A DNA stretch of 57,643 nucleotides from a virus (Duplodnaviria; Caudoviricetes): the IMG/VR virus record IMGVR_UViG_3300031942_000005, positions 1-57,643 of that record; one strand, given 5' to 3'. The notes beneath the pieces were generated by a model that ran no database searches, had not been told where the DNA came from, and saw only the letters and a program-made list of their open reading frames with translations. Both the position numbers and the translations under genes were made by a program. Positions 6,417 through 15,158 of this stretch are shown here, in pieces; position 1 is the first letter of the stretch, and each line of letters begins with the position of its first letter.

Positions 6417-9055
6417 TGGACCGCACGATCGAGTACATGCCCGTGGCCGAGCTGGTCGAGCGCTTCCACCCGGCCAACCCCAAGGACCACGACCTCGAGG
6501 AACTCAGACGTTCGATGGAGCGCTTCGGCTACACCGAGGCGGTCATGCTCGATGAGCGCACCGGGCTCATGGCGGCGGGCCACGGGCGCATCGAGATACT
6601 CGCCCACGACATGGCCGAGGGGCTGTCGCGCCCCGACGACGTGACCGTGGACGAGCGGGGGTGGCTGGCCCCGGTGCAGCGGGGCTGGCACTCCCGCAAC
6701 GACGTCGAGCTGCTGGCCTACGTGGTGGCCTCCAACCGCATCGCGGAGAAGGGCGGGTGGGTGGACGCCGGGCTGGCCGACGCCCTCCAGCTGATCGCCT
6801 CCACCTCCGAGCTGGGCCTCGAAGGCATCGGCTTCAACCTCGACGACCTGGCCGCGCTCAAGTACACCGGACCCGACGAGCCGGACCAGATCATCGCCAG
6901 CCGCAAGCTGGCCGAGCGCTTCTTGGTCCCACCCTTCTCCATCCTCGACGCCCGCCAGGGCTACTGGCAGGAGCGCAAGCGGGCCTGGATCGCACTCGGC
7001 ATCCAGAGCGAGCTGGGCCGCCCGCAGAACGCGCTGCGCCCCGAGATACCCACCGAGGGCAACGCCCGGCTGCGCAGCGGGGCCTACGGCGCCCAGGCGC
7101 ACATCGGGCCCGACGGCCGGCTGGTCTACACCCCCACGGTCGGCATCGTGTCGATCTTCGACCCCGTGCTCTGCGAGGTGGCCTACCGCTGGTGGTGTCC
7201 CTCGGGAGGCCTGGTGCTCGATCCCTTCGCCGGGGGGTCGGTCCGGGGCATCGTGGCCGGGCGCCTCGGGCTGGAGTACGTGGGCTACGACCTGCGCGAG
7301 GACCAGATCGCGGCCAACGAGGTGCAGTGGCAGGCGATCCACGGGGAGGGGACGGTGCGCTGGATCCGGGGGGACTCGCGCGCCGCCCCTCTGCCCGAGC
7401 GGGCCGACTTCGTGTTCACCTGCCACCCAGCGGGCACTCGGGTGTCAGTCGTGGGGCGGGGGCGCGTGGCGATTGAAAACGTGGAGCCGGGGGACTACGT
7501 GGTGTCACATACGGGACGCTCGCGGGAGGTGACCGAAGTGCTGGCGCGCCAGTATTCCGGCCCGCTCTATGCCATCAAACGTTCCTATAGGCAGGCCCCG
7601 CTGCATGCCACGGCTGAGCATCCTCTGCTGGTGTCACGAGGCGGCTCCACCGCTTGGCGGCGAGCGGATGAGATACGGGTGGGCGATGAGCTGGTCGAGC
7701 CTGTGCCTACCGAGCCTCCCAAGGTGTTAGACGGCGAGATTATCTGGGAACATCCACCCCAGAAGGGCCGAGGCAGACCCCCCAGGGGGAACCGTCAGGT
7801 ATATGCCACCCCCGAGGTGTGCCGACTCCTGGGGTACTACCTGGCAGAGGGATCAATCGGCGGCCACGCCGTGCAGTACGCCTTTCATGCGGACGAGGTG
7901 GAGTACCACCGCGATGTGACCGCTCTGCATGGGCACATTTTCAGCGCCGACCTGAGCGTGAGGACGCGCCTCGCTCCTGGGACGAAGCAGGCCGATGTGC
8001 ATGCCTGTGGCGCGGTGCCCGCTCGTTTCTTCGCCAATACAGGGAGGGGCGCTCACGCGAAGAAGTTCCCTGGCTGGCTCTGGGACTGTTCCGACAACTT
8101 GCTCACCGAAACCCTTGTTGGCGTATGGCGAGGCGATGGCTGGCGCTCTGGCGGTCGGCTTGGCTATGACACCGTGAGTGAGAACCTCGCTGAGGACATA
8201 CGGAGGGCGCTGCTAAGGCTTGGCGTGGTGGCGTCAGTACGGTGTCGGCACCGCGGGGCCACCAACTATGGGTCAGCTCGCCCCGTGTGGAGCCTGACGG
8301 TGAGGGGAGCGCAGGCAGAGCGCCTGGCATCCATCCTTGGCTGGGCGCTCCCCGCCCCCACAGAGAGAGTCCGAAGCCGGGGGGACGGCAAGGCGGGCCG
8401 TGCGGCATGGTTTGGTCGCCGGCCCTCACGGAGTCCATACATCCAGGCTGGATATGTCCACTACCGGGTGGAGAAAATCGACACGAAAAGTGTCAAGGCG
8501 CTGCCGGTGTTCAATTTGGAGGTGGATGCCGACCACTCATATCTTGCCGATGGAGTGGCGACTCATAATTGCCCGCCCTACTACGACCTGGAGAGGTACT
8601 CCGACGACCCCGCCGACCTGGCGAACGCGGCCACCTACGCGGAGTTCCTGGCCGACTACGCCCACATCATCGGCCGGGCCGTCGAGAGGCTCCGCGACGA
8701 CCGCTTCGCGTGCGTCGTCGTGGGGGAGGTGCGCGACGGCGAGGGGTTGTGCCGGGGCCTGGTCCCCGACACCGTTCAGGTGTTCGAGGCGGCAGGGCTG
8801 GCCCTGTACAACGAGGCCATCTTGGTCACGCCCGTAGGGTCCCTCGCCGTCCGCGCCGCCAAGATCTTCGAGGCGGCCCGCAAGACCGGCAAGGGGCATC
8901 AGAACGTGCTGGTGTTCGTCAAGGGCAACCCCGAGCTGGCGGCGGGCGCCTGTGCGCCGGTGGAGCGTCTCGACCTCACCGAGGCCGAGGCCATAGGCCA
9001 GGACCTCCCCGAGGAGGCCCCCAGACAGCCTCAGGAGGCCCGGACCCAGGCGTAG
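6416..9055 (+). CDS. ParB-like N-terminal domain plus DNA amino-methyltransferase, intein-containing
   Basis: HPANPKDH...RFGY...AGHGR ParB-like motif; LDPFAGG SAM-binding motif; FT|CPPY motif IV split by the intein. Confidence 0.88.
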   Translation: MDRTIEYMPVAELVERFHPANPKDHDLEELRRSMERFGYTEAVMLDERTGLMAAGHGRIEILAHDMAEGLSRPDDVTVDERGWLAPVQRGWHSRNDVELLAYVVASNRIAEKGGWVDAGLADALQLIASTSELGLEGIGFNLDDLAALKYTGPDEPDQIIASRKLAERFLVPPFSILDARQGYWQERKRAWIALGIQSELGRPQNALRPEIPTEGNARLRSGAYGAQAHIGPDGRLVYTPTVGIVSIFDPVLCEVAYRWWCPSGGLVLDPFAGGSVRGIVAGRLGLEYVGYDLREDQIAANEVQWQAIHGEGTVRWIRGDSRAAPLPERADFVFTCHPAGTRVSVVGRGRVAIENVEPGDYVVSHTGRSREVTEVLARQYSGPLYAIKRSYRQAPLHATAEHPLLVSRGGSTAWRRADEIRVGDELVEPVPTEPPKVLDGEIIWEHPPQKGRGRPPRGNRQVYATPEVCRLLGYYLAEGSIGGHAVQYAFHADEVEYHRDVTALHGHIFSADLSVRTRLAPGTKQADVHACGAVPARFFANTGRGAHAKKFPGWLWDCSDNLLTETLVGVWRGDGWRSGGRLGYDTVSENLAEDIRRALLRLGVVASVRCRHRGATNYGSARPVWSLTVRGAQAERLASILGWALPAPTERVRSRGDGKAGRAAWFGRRPSRSPYIQAGYVHYRVEKIDTKSVKALPVFNLEVDADHSYLADGVATHNCPPYYDLERYSDDPADLANAATYAEFLADYAHIIGRAVERLRDDRFACVVVGEVRDGEGLCRGLVPDTVQVFEAAGLALYNEAILVTPVGSLAVRAAKIFEAARKTGKGHQNVLVFVKGNPELAAGACAPVERLDLTEAEAIGQDLPEEAPRQPQEARTQA
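7421..8569 (+). mobile_element. Intein (383 aa) with LAGLIDADG homing endonuclease
   Basis: Starts CHPAGT; block B ATAEHP; LLGYYLAEG and LVGVWRGDG motifs; ends VFNLEVDADHSYLADGVATHN then Cys +1; atypical codon usage. Confidence 0.93.
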
Positions 9056-9112
9056 GGGGGAGTAGCCCAGGGGTCACCATCAGGGGCTTGTGCGGCTGCG
9101 TAGGCTGGCTGC

Positions 9113-9352
9113 GTGGAACGCGACGAGCGCGCTGAGCGTGAGGAAGTCGAGCCGACCCCCGAGCCGGAGGAGGAGCCCGTAGACCACCACCGGGGCCCGC
9201 TGGACCGGGACGAGGACGGCCGCTTCTTGGACCGCGACGACCCCCGCCGCCTGGAGGCAGAGGAGCGCCTGGGCAAACGGTTCGATCCAAGTGACGAGGG
9301 CAAATCGGACGAGGAGATCGTCGAGAGTGCCCTCCGCGAGCCCAGACGATGA
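9113..9352 (+). CDS. small acidic hypothetical protein
   Basis: Glu/Asp-rich ORF; its stop overlaps ATG 9349. Confidence 0.55.
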   Translation: MERDERAEREEVEPTPEPEEEPVDHHRGPLDRDEDGRFLDRDDPRRLEAEERLGKRFDPSDEGKSDEEIVESALREPRR

Positions 9353-9396
9353 CGCTGCGCAGAGGTTCGGGCGTGCGCCTCGTCGTGCTCCACAGG
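9349..9396 (+). pseudogene. Relic 5-prime end of the endolysin (MTLRRGSGVRLVVLH)
   Basis: Aligns with endolysin N-terminus MTLRR...GGSSVRLVCCH; similarity ends at the HNH stop codon. Confidence 0.7.
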
Positions 9397-9837
9397 TCAG
9401 CGCCGCGGGCGGTGCGCCTCTCGGACCACCATGCAGGCGCGGCACATCCGGCTGCGCGGTGCGCCCGGTGGCCGGTACGTGTTCGCCGCGTCGTAGGGGT
9501 GCCCGGCGGGGCAGTGGGTCTTACGAGCGTTCAGCGCGCTGAGGGTCTCGCCGCGCCGGTTGTTCTCGCGGTGGGTGACCAGCTCCAGGTGCGCAACGTT
9601 GACGCAGCAGCGGGTGCGGCAGAGGTGGTCCACCTCCAGGCCCGCCGGGATCGGTCCATGCGCGAGTTCCCATGCCACCCGGTGCACGTAGGTCTGACCC
9701 GCCTCGCGCCCACCCCGGCCGATGACGCCGTAGCCATTGCCGTTGTTCGCACCCAGCCACAGCCAACAGTCGTCGGGCCCACCCTTGCGGACCCTGCGCC
9801 AGAGGCGCTCAGCCAGAGGTATTGCCTTACGAGGCAT
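9397..9837 (-). CDS. Free-standing HNH homing endonuclease
   Basis: DDCWLWLGA...GYG...VHRVAWELAHGPIPAGLEVDHLCRTRCCVNVAHLELVTHREN; KTHCPAGHPY. Confidence 0.92.
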   Translation of the reverse strand: MPRKAIPLAERLWRRVRKGGPDDCWLWLGANNGNGYGVIGRGGREAGQTYVHRVAWELAHGPIPAGLEVDHLCRTRCCVNVAHLELVTHRENNRRGETLSALNARKTHCPAGHPYDAANTYRPPGAPRSRMCRACMVVREAHRPRR

Positions 9838-9853
9838 AGAGGGTCCCCCTAAG

Positions 9854-10768
9854 ATGACGTTGCGTAGAGACTGGATTGCAAGCCCAAACTATAGCTCCCG
9901 TGGTGGGAGTTCTGTAAGACTTGTATGTTGTCATACAGCTGAGGGAGCCCTCACCTACCAGTCGCTGGGCAACTACTTCGCCAGCTCGTCGTCGGGGGTC
10001 TCGAGCCATGTCGGCATCGACTCGACCCCGGGGGTGATCGGCGAGTACGTGGCGCCGGCCAACAAGGCCTGGACCCAGGGCGACGCCAACCCGTGCGCCG
10101 TGTCGGCGGAGCTCTGTGCCTTCGCGGGGTGGTCAAGCGCGGACTGGGCCGCCCACCCGGTGATCCTGGAGAACGCGGCGGCGTGGGTGCGCGAGGAGTG
10201 CGCCCGCTTCGCCATCCCCATCCGCTCGCTCTCCGCGGCCGAGGCCCAGGGTGGCGTCGCCGGGGTGTGCGACCACGTGGACCTCGGGGCGTGGGGCGGG
10301 GGGCACTGGGACTGCGGGCCGAGCTTCCCCATGGCCCAGGTGATCGCAATGGCGACAGGGGGAGCGACCTCTGCGCCACCAGCACAGAGGAGTGGTGCCA
10401 TGGACATCAAGAAGACCAGCGGGGGGTACTACATCTTCGCCTCAGACGGCGGGGTGTTCTGCTTCGGTGACGCGCAGATGTACGGCTCGATCCCGGGCCT
10501 CAAGCCGCCTGTCGTCCTCTCCTCGCCCATCGTGGGCGGGGCGGTCACGCGTTCGGAGCGCGGCTACTGGCTGGCCGGGGCCGACGGCGGGGTGTTCGCC
10601 TTCGGCGACGCGCAGTTCGACGGCTCGATGGGGGGCAAGCGGATGAACGCGCCGGTGGTGGGCATCGAGGCCGATCCCGACGGCGACGGCTACTGGCTGC
10701 TGGGCCAAGACGGCGGGGTGTTCGCCTTCGACGCGCCCTTCTACGGCTCGGCCCAGGGGCACGTCTGA
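9854..10768 (+). CDS. Endolysin: N-acetylmuramoyl-L-alanine amidase plus wall-binding repeats
   Basis: SPNYSSR...HTAEG, SSH, AWTQG, ELC, H...HWDCG amidase_2 motifs; three GY(W/Y)xxxxDGGVFxF repeats. Confidence 0.9.
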   Translation: MTLRRDWIASPNYSSRGGSSVRLVCCHTAEGALTYQSLGNYFASSSSGVSSHVGIDSTPGVIGEYVAPANKAWTQGDANPCAVSAELCAFAGWSSADWAAHPVILENAAAWVREECARFAIPIRSLSAAEAQGGVAGVCDHVDLGAWGGGHWDCGPSFPMAQVIAMATGGATSAPPAQRSGAMDIKKTSGGYYIFASDGGVFCFGDAQMYGSIPGLKPPVVLSSPIVGGAVTRSERGYWLAGADGGVFAFGDAQFDGSMGGKRMNAPVVGIEADPDGDGYWLLGQDGGVFAFDAPFYGSAQGHV

Positions 10769-10774
10769 GCGTGA

Positions 10775-11017
10775 GTGAATGCGGGCGACATCGTCGCGAT
10801 CGTCACCGGCCTCGCCGCTCTGGTTTCTGCCGTCGCCGGGGTCATGCTGGCCGTCCGTGCCGCGCGCTCGAAGGAACGGGCGGCCCATAGCGAGGAGCTG
10901 GAGTCGGTGACCACCCTGCTCGAGACCGAGCGCAAGGAGCGCATCGCCGCCGAGCTGGACCGCCATCAGCTGCGCCTGCGGCTGGCCGAGAACGGGATCG
11001 ACCCCGATGCTCTATAG
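10775..11017 (+). CDS. membrane protein, putative holin/lysis accessory
   Basis: N-terminal TM helix and coiled coil, directly after the endolysin. Confidence 0.6.
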   Translation: MNAGDIVAIVTGLAALVSAVAGVMLAVRAARSKERAAHSEELESVTTLLETERKERIAAELDRHQLRLRLAENGIDPDAL

Positions 11018-11663
11018 GTTCTTCCGCGTCATCTACCGCAATGCCTCGGCGGCCTTCATCGTGGCCTGCCTGTTCACCATCGTGGCCGTCCTCGCCCTCG
11101 CCCTCGGAGCCGAGGCGACACCCACGCCCGGGCCGACCGGACCAGCCGGCCCGCCGGGTCAGAACGGGCCAGCCGGGCCCAAGGGGGACCCCGGGGCGAC
11201 CGGACCTCAGGGCAGCACCGGCCCCACCGGCTCGGCCGGGGCCGACACCGACGCCGGGGGCTCCAGCTCAGGTGGCGGGACCGGCGCGGCCGGGAGCGGG
11301 GGGGCCACTGGCGGCGCGGGGACAGCGGGGACCACCGGCTCGGCCGGGGCGACGGGCAGCGCGGGGGCCACCGGCTCGGCCGGGGCGACGGGGTCAGCTG
11401 GCTCGACGGGCAAGACTGGGGCCACCGGGGCGACCGGGGCTATGGGCAGCGCGGGGGCCACCGGCGCCCAGGGTCCGCCCGGGCCACCCGGAGCGACCGG
11501 GGCCACAGGTGCGACCGGTGCGACGGGTGCGACGGGGGCACAGGGGGCCAAGGGCGAGACCGGACCGGCCGGGCCGCCGTGCCCGCCTGGGTTCAAGCAG
11601 AACCTCATCCAGGTGAACGGCCCGGGGGGCGGCCAGACGATCCTGGTGTGCGTCCGTGGCTAA
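11007..11663 (+). CDS. membrane-anchored collagen-like protein
   Basis: TM helix, Gly-X-Y repeats, C-terminal CPPG...VC. Confidence 0.8.
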   Translation: MLYRFFRVIYRNASAAFIVACLFTIVAVLALALGAEATPTPGPTGPAGPPGQNGPAGPKGDPGATGPQGSTGPTGSAGADTDAGGSSSGGGTGAAGSGGATGGAGTAGTTGSAGATGSAGATGSAGATGSAGSTGKTGATGATGAMGSAGATGAQGPPGPPGATGATGATGATGATGAQGAKGETGPAGPPCPPGFKQNLIQVNGPGGGQTILVCVRG

Positions 11664-12331
11664 TCGGAGCGGCGGTGGGTCCCGACGTGGAACCAGGGCG
11701 AAGCGCGGAGCAGGTGGGGGAACTCCCCCGGCGCCACCCCGCGGTTCCGGCACACCACGGGGAGGGCGAGCTGATCCTGGTAGGACCACGCCGCCACCTC
11801 GGCCCACCAATCCGAGAAAAGGGCATCAGCAGAACCGGCGTGGGATGCGATGACCCCGCACTCCCACAGACCCCAGTGCTCGGGGTGGGCGTACTCGCGG
11901 CGGTAGAACTCGACCTGCTCGTAGAGGGGCTCGGTGCCGTACTTCTCGGGCAGGTCGCGCATCGAGACCTCGGCTTCTTCGTAGATGTCGTCGCGCAGGG
12001 GGTGGCGGTGGACTCCAATGCCTGAAGCCTCGGCGTAGGCCAGCGCCCCCTCCACCGCCTCGGGTGTCCGCACCGCCACGTTGGCGTCCACCCACAGGCG
12101 CCGGCGGTAGTCGGGCACGTAGAGGTGGGGCAACAGCTTGAAGCGCTTGGCGGTGCGCCGGGGGTGTTCGAGCTCGTTGTGCTCCACCACCACCACGTCC
12201 CAGCCCGGCGTGTCGAGCCAGGGGTCGTCGGTGAAGCAGATGTGGTCGGCGCCGGGGGTCAGCGGGATCAGCGGGACGTAGTCGAAGCCCCCGTAGCAGG
12301 CTGTGTAGACGAGAGTGCGGTTACGGGACAC
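11660..12331 (-). CDS. glycosyltransferase-like protein (DUF616/MUCI70-type)
   Basis: VYTACYGGFD, ICFTDD, KLLPH, WVDAN, HPLRDDIYEEA, QDQLAL. Confidence 0.82.
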   Translation of the reverse strand: MSRNRTLVYTACYGGFDYVPLIPLTPGADHICFTDDPWLDTPGWDVVVVEHNELEHPRRTAKRFKLLPHLYVPDYRRRLWVDANVAVRTPEAVEGALAYAEASGIGVHRHPLRDDIYEEAEVSMRDLPEKYGTEPLYEQVEFYRREYAHPEHWGLWECGVIASHAGSADALFSDWWAEVAAWSYQDQLALPVVCRNRGVAPGEFPHLLRASPWFHVGTHRRSD

Positions 12332-12848
12332 GGGAGAAACACCACAGCCCGTAGGTCGGCTTGGCGAGCACGGGGTCCCACTGGACCTCGTAGGCGCGCA
12401 CGCGCCACTCGTAGAACAGCCCCTCGATCTGCTCGGGGGTGAAGTCGTGGCGGTGGTAGGGGTTGAAATGCTTGGTGGGGATGATGGGGGTGGAGAGCAC
12501 GATGTAGCGCCGGGCCATCTTGGCGGCGCGGACGTAGGCCGAGTAATCGGACAGGTGCTCGATCGTCTCGAGGCCCACGAACACATCGAAGGGGAAGCCG
12601 GGCTCCCATGTCGTCAGGTCCGCCTCGATGACCTCGGTGCCCGGGCGGTCAAGGGCGGGGTCGGTCGGCGCCACGAGGTCGACACCGACCCAGGCCGCCC
12701 CGTTGAGGAGGGCCCGCCCGTAGCCCGTCCCGCAGGCGGCGTCGAGGACCACGTCCTTGGTCGCGACCCACGACGAGGCCCAGCGGTAGCGGTAGCGGTG
12801 GAGCTCTATCTGCTCGAAGTCGTTGCAACCTGCGGGCAGGCGCTCCAC
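12321..12848 (-). CDS. class I SAM-dependent methyltransferase
   Basis: HRYRY...VLDAACGTGYG...GVD...ETIEHL...STP. Confidence 0.88.
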   Translation of the reverse strand: MERLPAGCNDFEQIELHRYRYRWASSWVATKDVVLDAACGTGYGRALLNGAAWVGVDLVAPTDPALDRPGTEVIEADLTTWEPGFPFDVFVGLETIEHLSDYSAYVRAAKMARRYIVLSTPIIPTKHFNPYHRHDFTPEQIEGLFYEWRVRAYEVQWDPVLAKPTYGLWCFSRVP

Positions 12849-12854
12849 GGGGTC

Positions 12855-13139
12855 CTACCCTGCCTCACGACACGCCGGGCAGCGTGCATAGGGACGGCGG
12901 CTGACCTTGGGCTGGTCGAACGTGGCGGCGCAGGTGGGACAGACCCGGCGCAGCCAGCCCGGCGCCACCGGCGGGGCCGGTTTGTCGGGCAGGGCGTGCG
13001 CGAGGTCGCGCGCGATGGCGCGCAGGTCCTCACAGATCTCTCCTGTCTCTCGGGCGAAGCGGGGGGCGGTGCGGCCGATGGCCTCGATCCGACTGACCAC
13101 GTGGGCCAGCCGGACCGAGGCCGGGGAGTCGGCGCTCAC
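12855..13139 (-). CDS. hypothetical protein with C-terminal Zn ribbon
   Basis: CPTC...CPAC; GTG overlaps the upstream stop. Confidence 0.6.
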   Translation of the reverse strand: MSADSPASVRLAHVVSRIEAIGRTAPRFARETGEICEDLRAIARDLAHALPDKPAPPVAPGWLRRVCPTCAATFDQPKVSRRPYARCPACREAG

Positions 13140-13363
13140 CGTTTCCCCTTGGCGTGGCTCGTGACGTGCCACAGGCCACAGTGACGGCAGCGGTAGGACG
13201 ACGCCTTGCGCGCCGCCCCGCTGCGTTTGAGGTCCGCCGCGGCTTCGGCGGCCTGGATCCCGCTGGGGTAGGCCGTCTTGCCGGTGCAGCCCTCGTGGAA
13301 CTCCTCGCCCGCCTGGGCGGCACGCGCCTGGCGGTTGAGGCTGGAGAGGTTAAGCCGCTTCAT
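13136..13363 (-). CDS. small Zn-binding phage protein
   Basis: CTGKTAY...YRCRHCGLWHVTS. Confidence 0.75.
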   Translation of the reverse strand: MKRLNLSSLNRQARAAQAGEEFHEGCTGKTAYPSGIQAAEAAADLKRSGAARKASSYRCRHCGLWHVTSHAKGKR

Positions 13364-13619
13364 CAGGCGGCCCTCCCCGGTCCCGGCGGGTCAGCCACTC
13401 GTGCAGGCCCTTGTTGAGGGCCTCCGCGGAGCCGACGATGCCCTCGGCCCGCCCTAAGACGTGACCGAGGCCATAGATCATCTCGAACGATGCCTCGAAC
13501 GCACTCACCGGCAGCCCGGTTTCCCGAGCCATGCCGCTGACCCAGATGCGCCGCACGTTGGCGACGGTGTTGTGGATCGCTTCGACGTTCGTGAGGTTCT
13601 CGTCCTCAGGTATTCCCAT
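13350..13619 (-). CDS. hypothetical protein
   Basis: Start motif ACACAGAGAGGAGCAACACCATG. Confidence 0.7.
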   Translation of the reverse strand: MGIPEDENLTNVEAIHNTVANVRRIWVSGMARETGLPVSAFEASFEMIYGLGHVLGRAEGIVGSAEALNKGLHEWLTRRDRGGPPDEAA

Positions 13620-14124
13620 GGTGTTGCTCCTCTCTGTGTATCTCCTGGTCGAAGGGGCGTTGTGTCCCTCCGATATCGCCGGCCTCCGCTATGTCGGCCT
13701 CCGCCTCCGCGATCTGCTGTGCGTTCCACCCGAAGGGCAGGATCACCCCGGGGGGGAAGACGAACAGGTGGTACTCGTTGGCGGTGTCGAGCACCCGCGA
13801 TTGCGCGGGGTACAGCTCGATGGCCTCGCACTCGGCGCCGGCGATGTCATTCTTGAGGCGCTGGGTGTCACGCCAGTCCCGCGCGGCCTTGCGGTCGCGG
13901 CGGTGGTAGCTGATGTGCCGCACGTTGCCCGCGTCGTCCCGGGTGATGAACGCCGAGTAGATGCTGTTGCCCCAGACCTCGGGCTCTTGGTACGTGTCGC
14001 CCATCTTGGCGATGAGCGCGTCGCGCCGAGCCTTCTGCTCCGGGCTGCCGGTGAAGAAGCTCACCGAGTGGCGCATCGGATCCCAGCGGCGGGGCGGAGT
14101 GGGGCCACGGCGTCGCTTAGCCAC
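13606..14124 (-). CDS. conserved phage protein (DUF7694-like)
   Basis: HISY.RRD...DWRDTQRLKNDIAG.ECEAIELYPAQSRVLDTANEYHL. Confidence 0.75.
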   Translation of the reverse strand: MAKRRRGPTPPRRWDPMRHSVSFFTGSPEQKARRDALIAKMGDTYQEPEVWGNSIYSAFITRDDAGNVRHISYHRRDRKAARDWRDTQRLKNDIAGAECEAIELYPAQSRVLDTANEYHLFVFPPGVILPFGWNAQQIAEAEADIAEAGDIGGTQRPFDQEIHREEQHHGNT

Positions 14125-14251
14125 GTCGTTGCCCCCGATCCACCTCGTCGCAGTCATCGCAGATACCCACCTGGATGCCACGAGCACTAGGCACGGGCAC
14201 GCTGACCCGCGTGAATTTGTGGCACTTCCAGCAATAGCCGAAAAGTCGCAT
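14117..14251 (-). CDS. small Zn-ribbon protein
   Basis: MRLFGYCWKC...ICDDC; coupled to neighbours. Confidence 0.55.
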   Translation of the reverse strand: MRLFGYCWKCHKFTRVSVPVPSARGIQVGICDDCDEVDRGQRRG

Positions 14252-14745
14252 CAGATGTCCTCCTCGAACGCCCACAGCGTCGTCGCCTTGGAGGGCTGGG
14301 ACGCCAGGTAGTTCCAGCAGGTGTGGTGATACAGCGTGCCGCCGGGCCAGCACGGCTCGTTGCCGAGGCTGATTCCGGCGATCACCGGCTCGTTGCACTG
14401 GGCGCAGCGGCCGAGTCCGTCGGGCGCGGGCGGCGTGTTGCGAGGCCGTCCGGGCCTGGGCTCGGGCCACTCCACCTTGTGGCCGGTCTGCTTGACCCAT
14501 ACGAAGTACTGGATCCAGTCCAGCATTTCGTCGCTGTAGTCCCCGATGTAGTCCCCCCACTCGTCCACCGCAGGCGGTGGGTGGGGGTTCCGCGGGTCGG
14601 CCATGCCCGTCTCGAGCTCGTCGGCCGGCCACGCCTCGCAGAGCAGCGGCCAGTCGACGTTCGAGTAGGGCACCGGGCGGTCCCGGGTGTAGTCCGCGGC
14701 TCCCTCTCGGAAGACGCGGTCCACCCCGTAGGACCACCGGCTCAC
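14251..14745 (-). CDS. hypothetical protein
   Basis: GTG 14745 overlaps the upstream stop; CAQC...HHTC. Confidence 0.65.
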   Translation of the reverse strand: MSRWSYGVDRVFREGAADYTRDRPVPYSNVDWPLLCEAWPADELETGMADPRNPHPPPAVDEWGDYIGDYSDEMLDWIQYFVWVKQTGHKVEWPEPRPGRPRNTPPAPDGLGRCAQCNEPVIAGISLGNEPCWPGGTLYHHTCWNYLASQPSKATTLWAFEEDI

Positions 14746-15044
14746 CTTTCCTCCTCGGGCACGTAGAGCTGGGTCAGGATCTGAAGGACCCTGGCCCGGC
14801 GCACGGTGTCGATCTGCATGAGCGCAGCGACACCGGAGCCCGGGACGTCGGGGTTGCCGGTCCACACACCCCGTGCCATGCGGACGAGGTACTGCTCGCC
14901 CCTCGACAGCAGACGGAAGGGTGCACGGTCCGAGGCCAGCTGCTCGAAAACGAGGCCGGGGTCGCCGAGCGTGAAAAGGTCGGCGGTCACCGGCGAGTCG
15001 ATCTCGCGCAGGATGGCCCAGGTTGCTTGGGTTGTTGACAGCAT
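14742..15044 (-). CDS. hypothetical protein
   Basis: Conserved start motif; MLSTTQATW. Confidence 0.75.
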   Translation of the reverse strand: MLSTTQATWAILREIDSPVTADLFTLGDPGLVFEQLASDRAPFRLLSRGEQYLVRMARGVWTGNPDVPGSGVAALMQIDTVRRARVLQILTQLYVPEEER

Positions 15045-15158
15045 GGTTGTTTCTCCTGTGTGTGGTGCGTGGGGGAACCTCCCCCGCGGGGCCACCCCCC
15101 AGAACGGGGAGTTCGGGAGTGACCCCGCGGGAGGCCGGGCCGGAGCCCGGCGTCCCAC

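Noticed and set aside
9394-9934. Group I intron in the endolysin
   Set aside because: The HNH gene is antisense and fills nearly the whole interval, leaving no room for a ribozyme core; a complete replacement N-terminus is present
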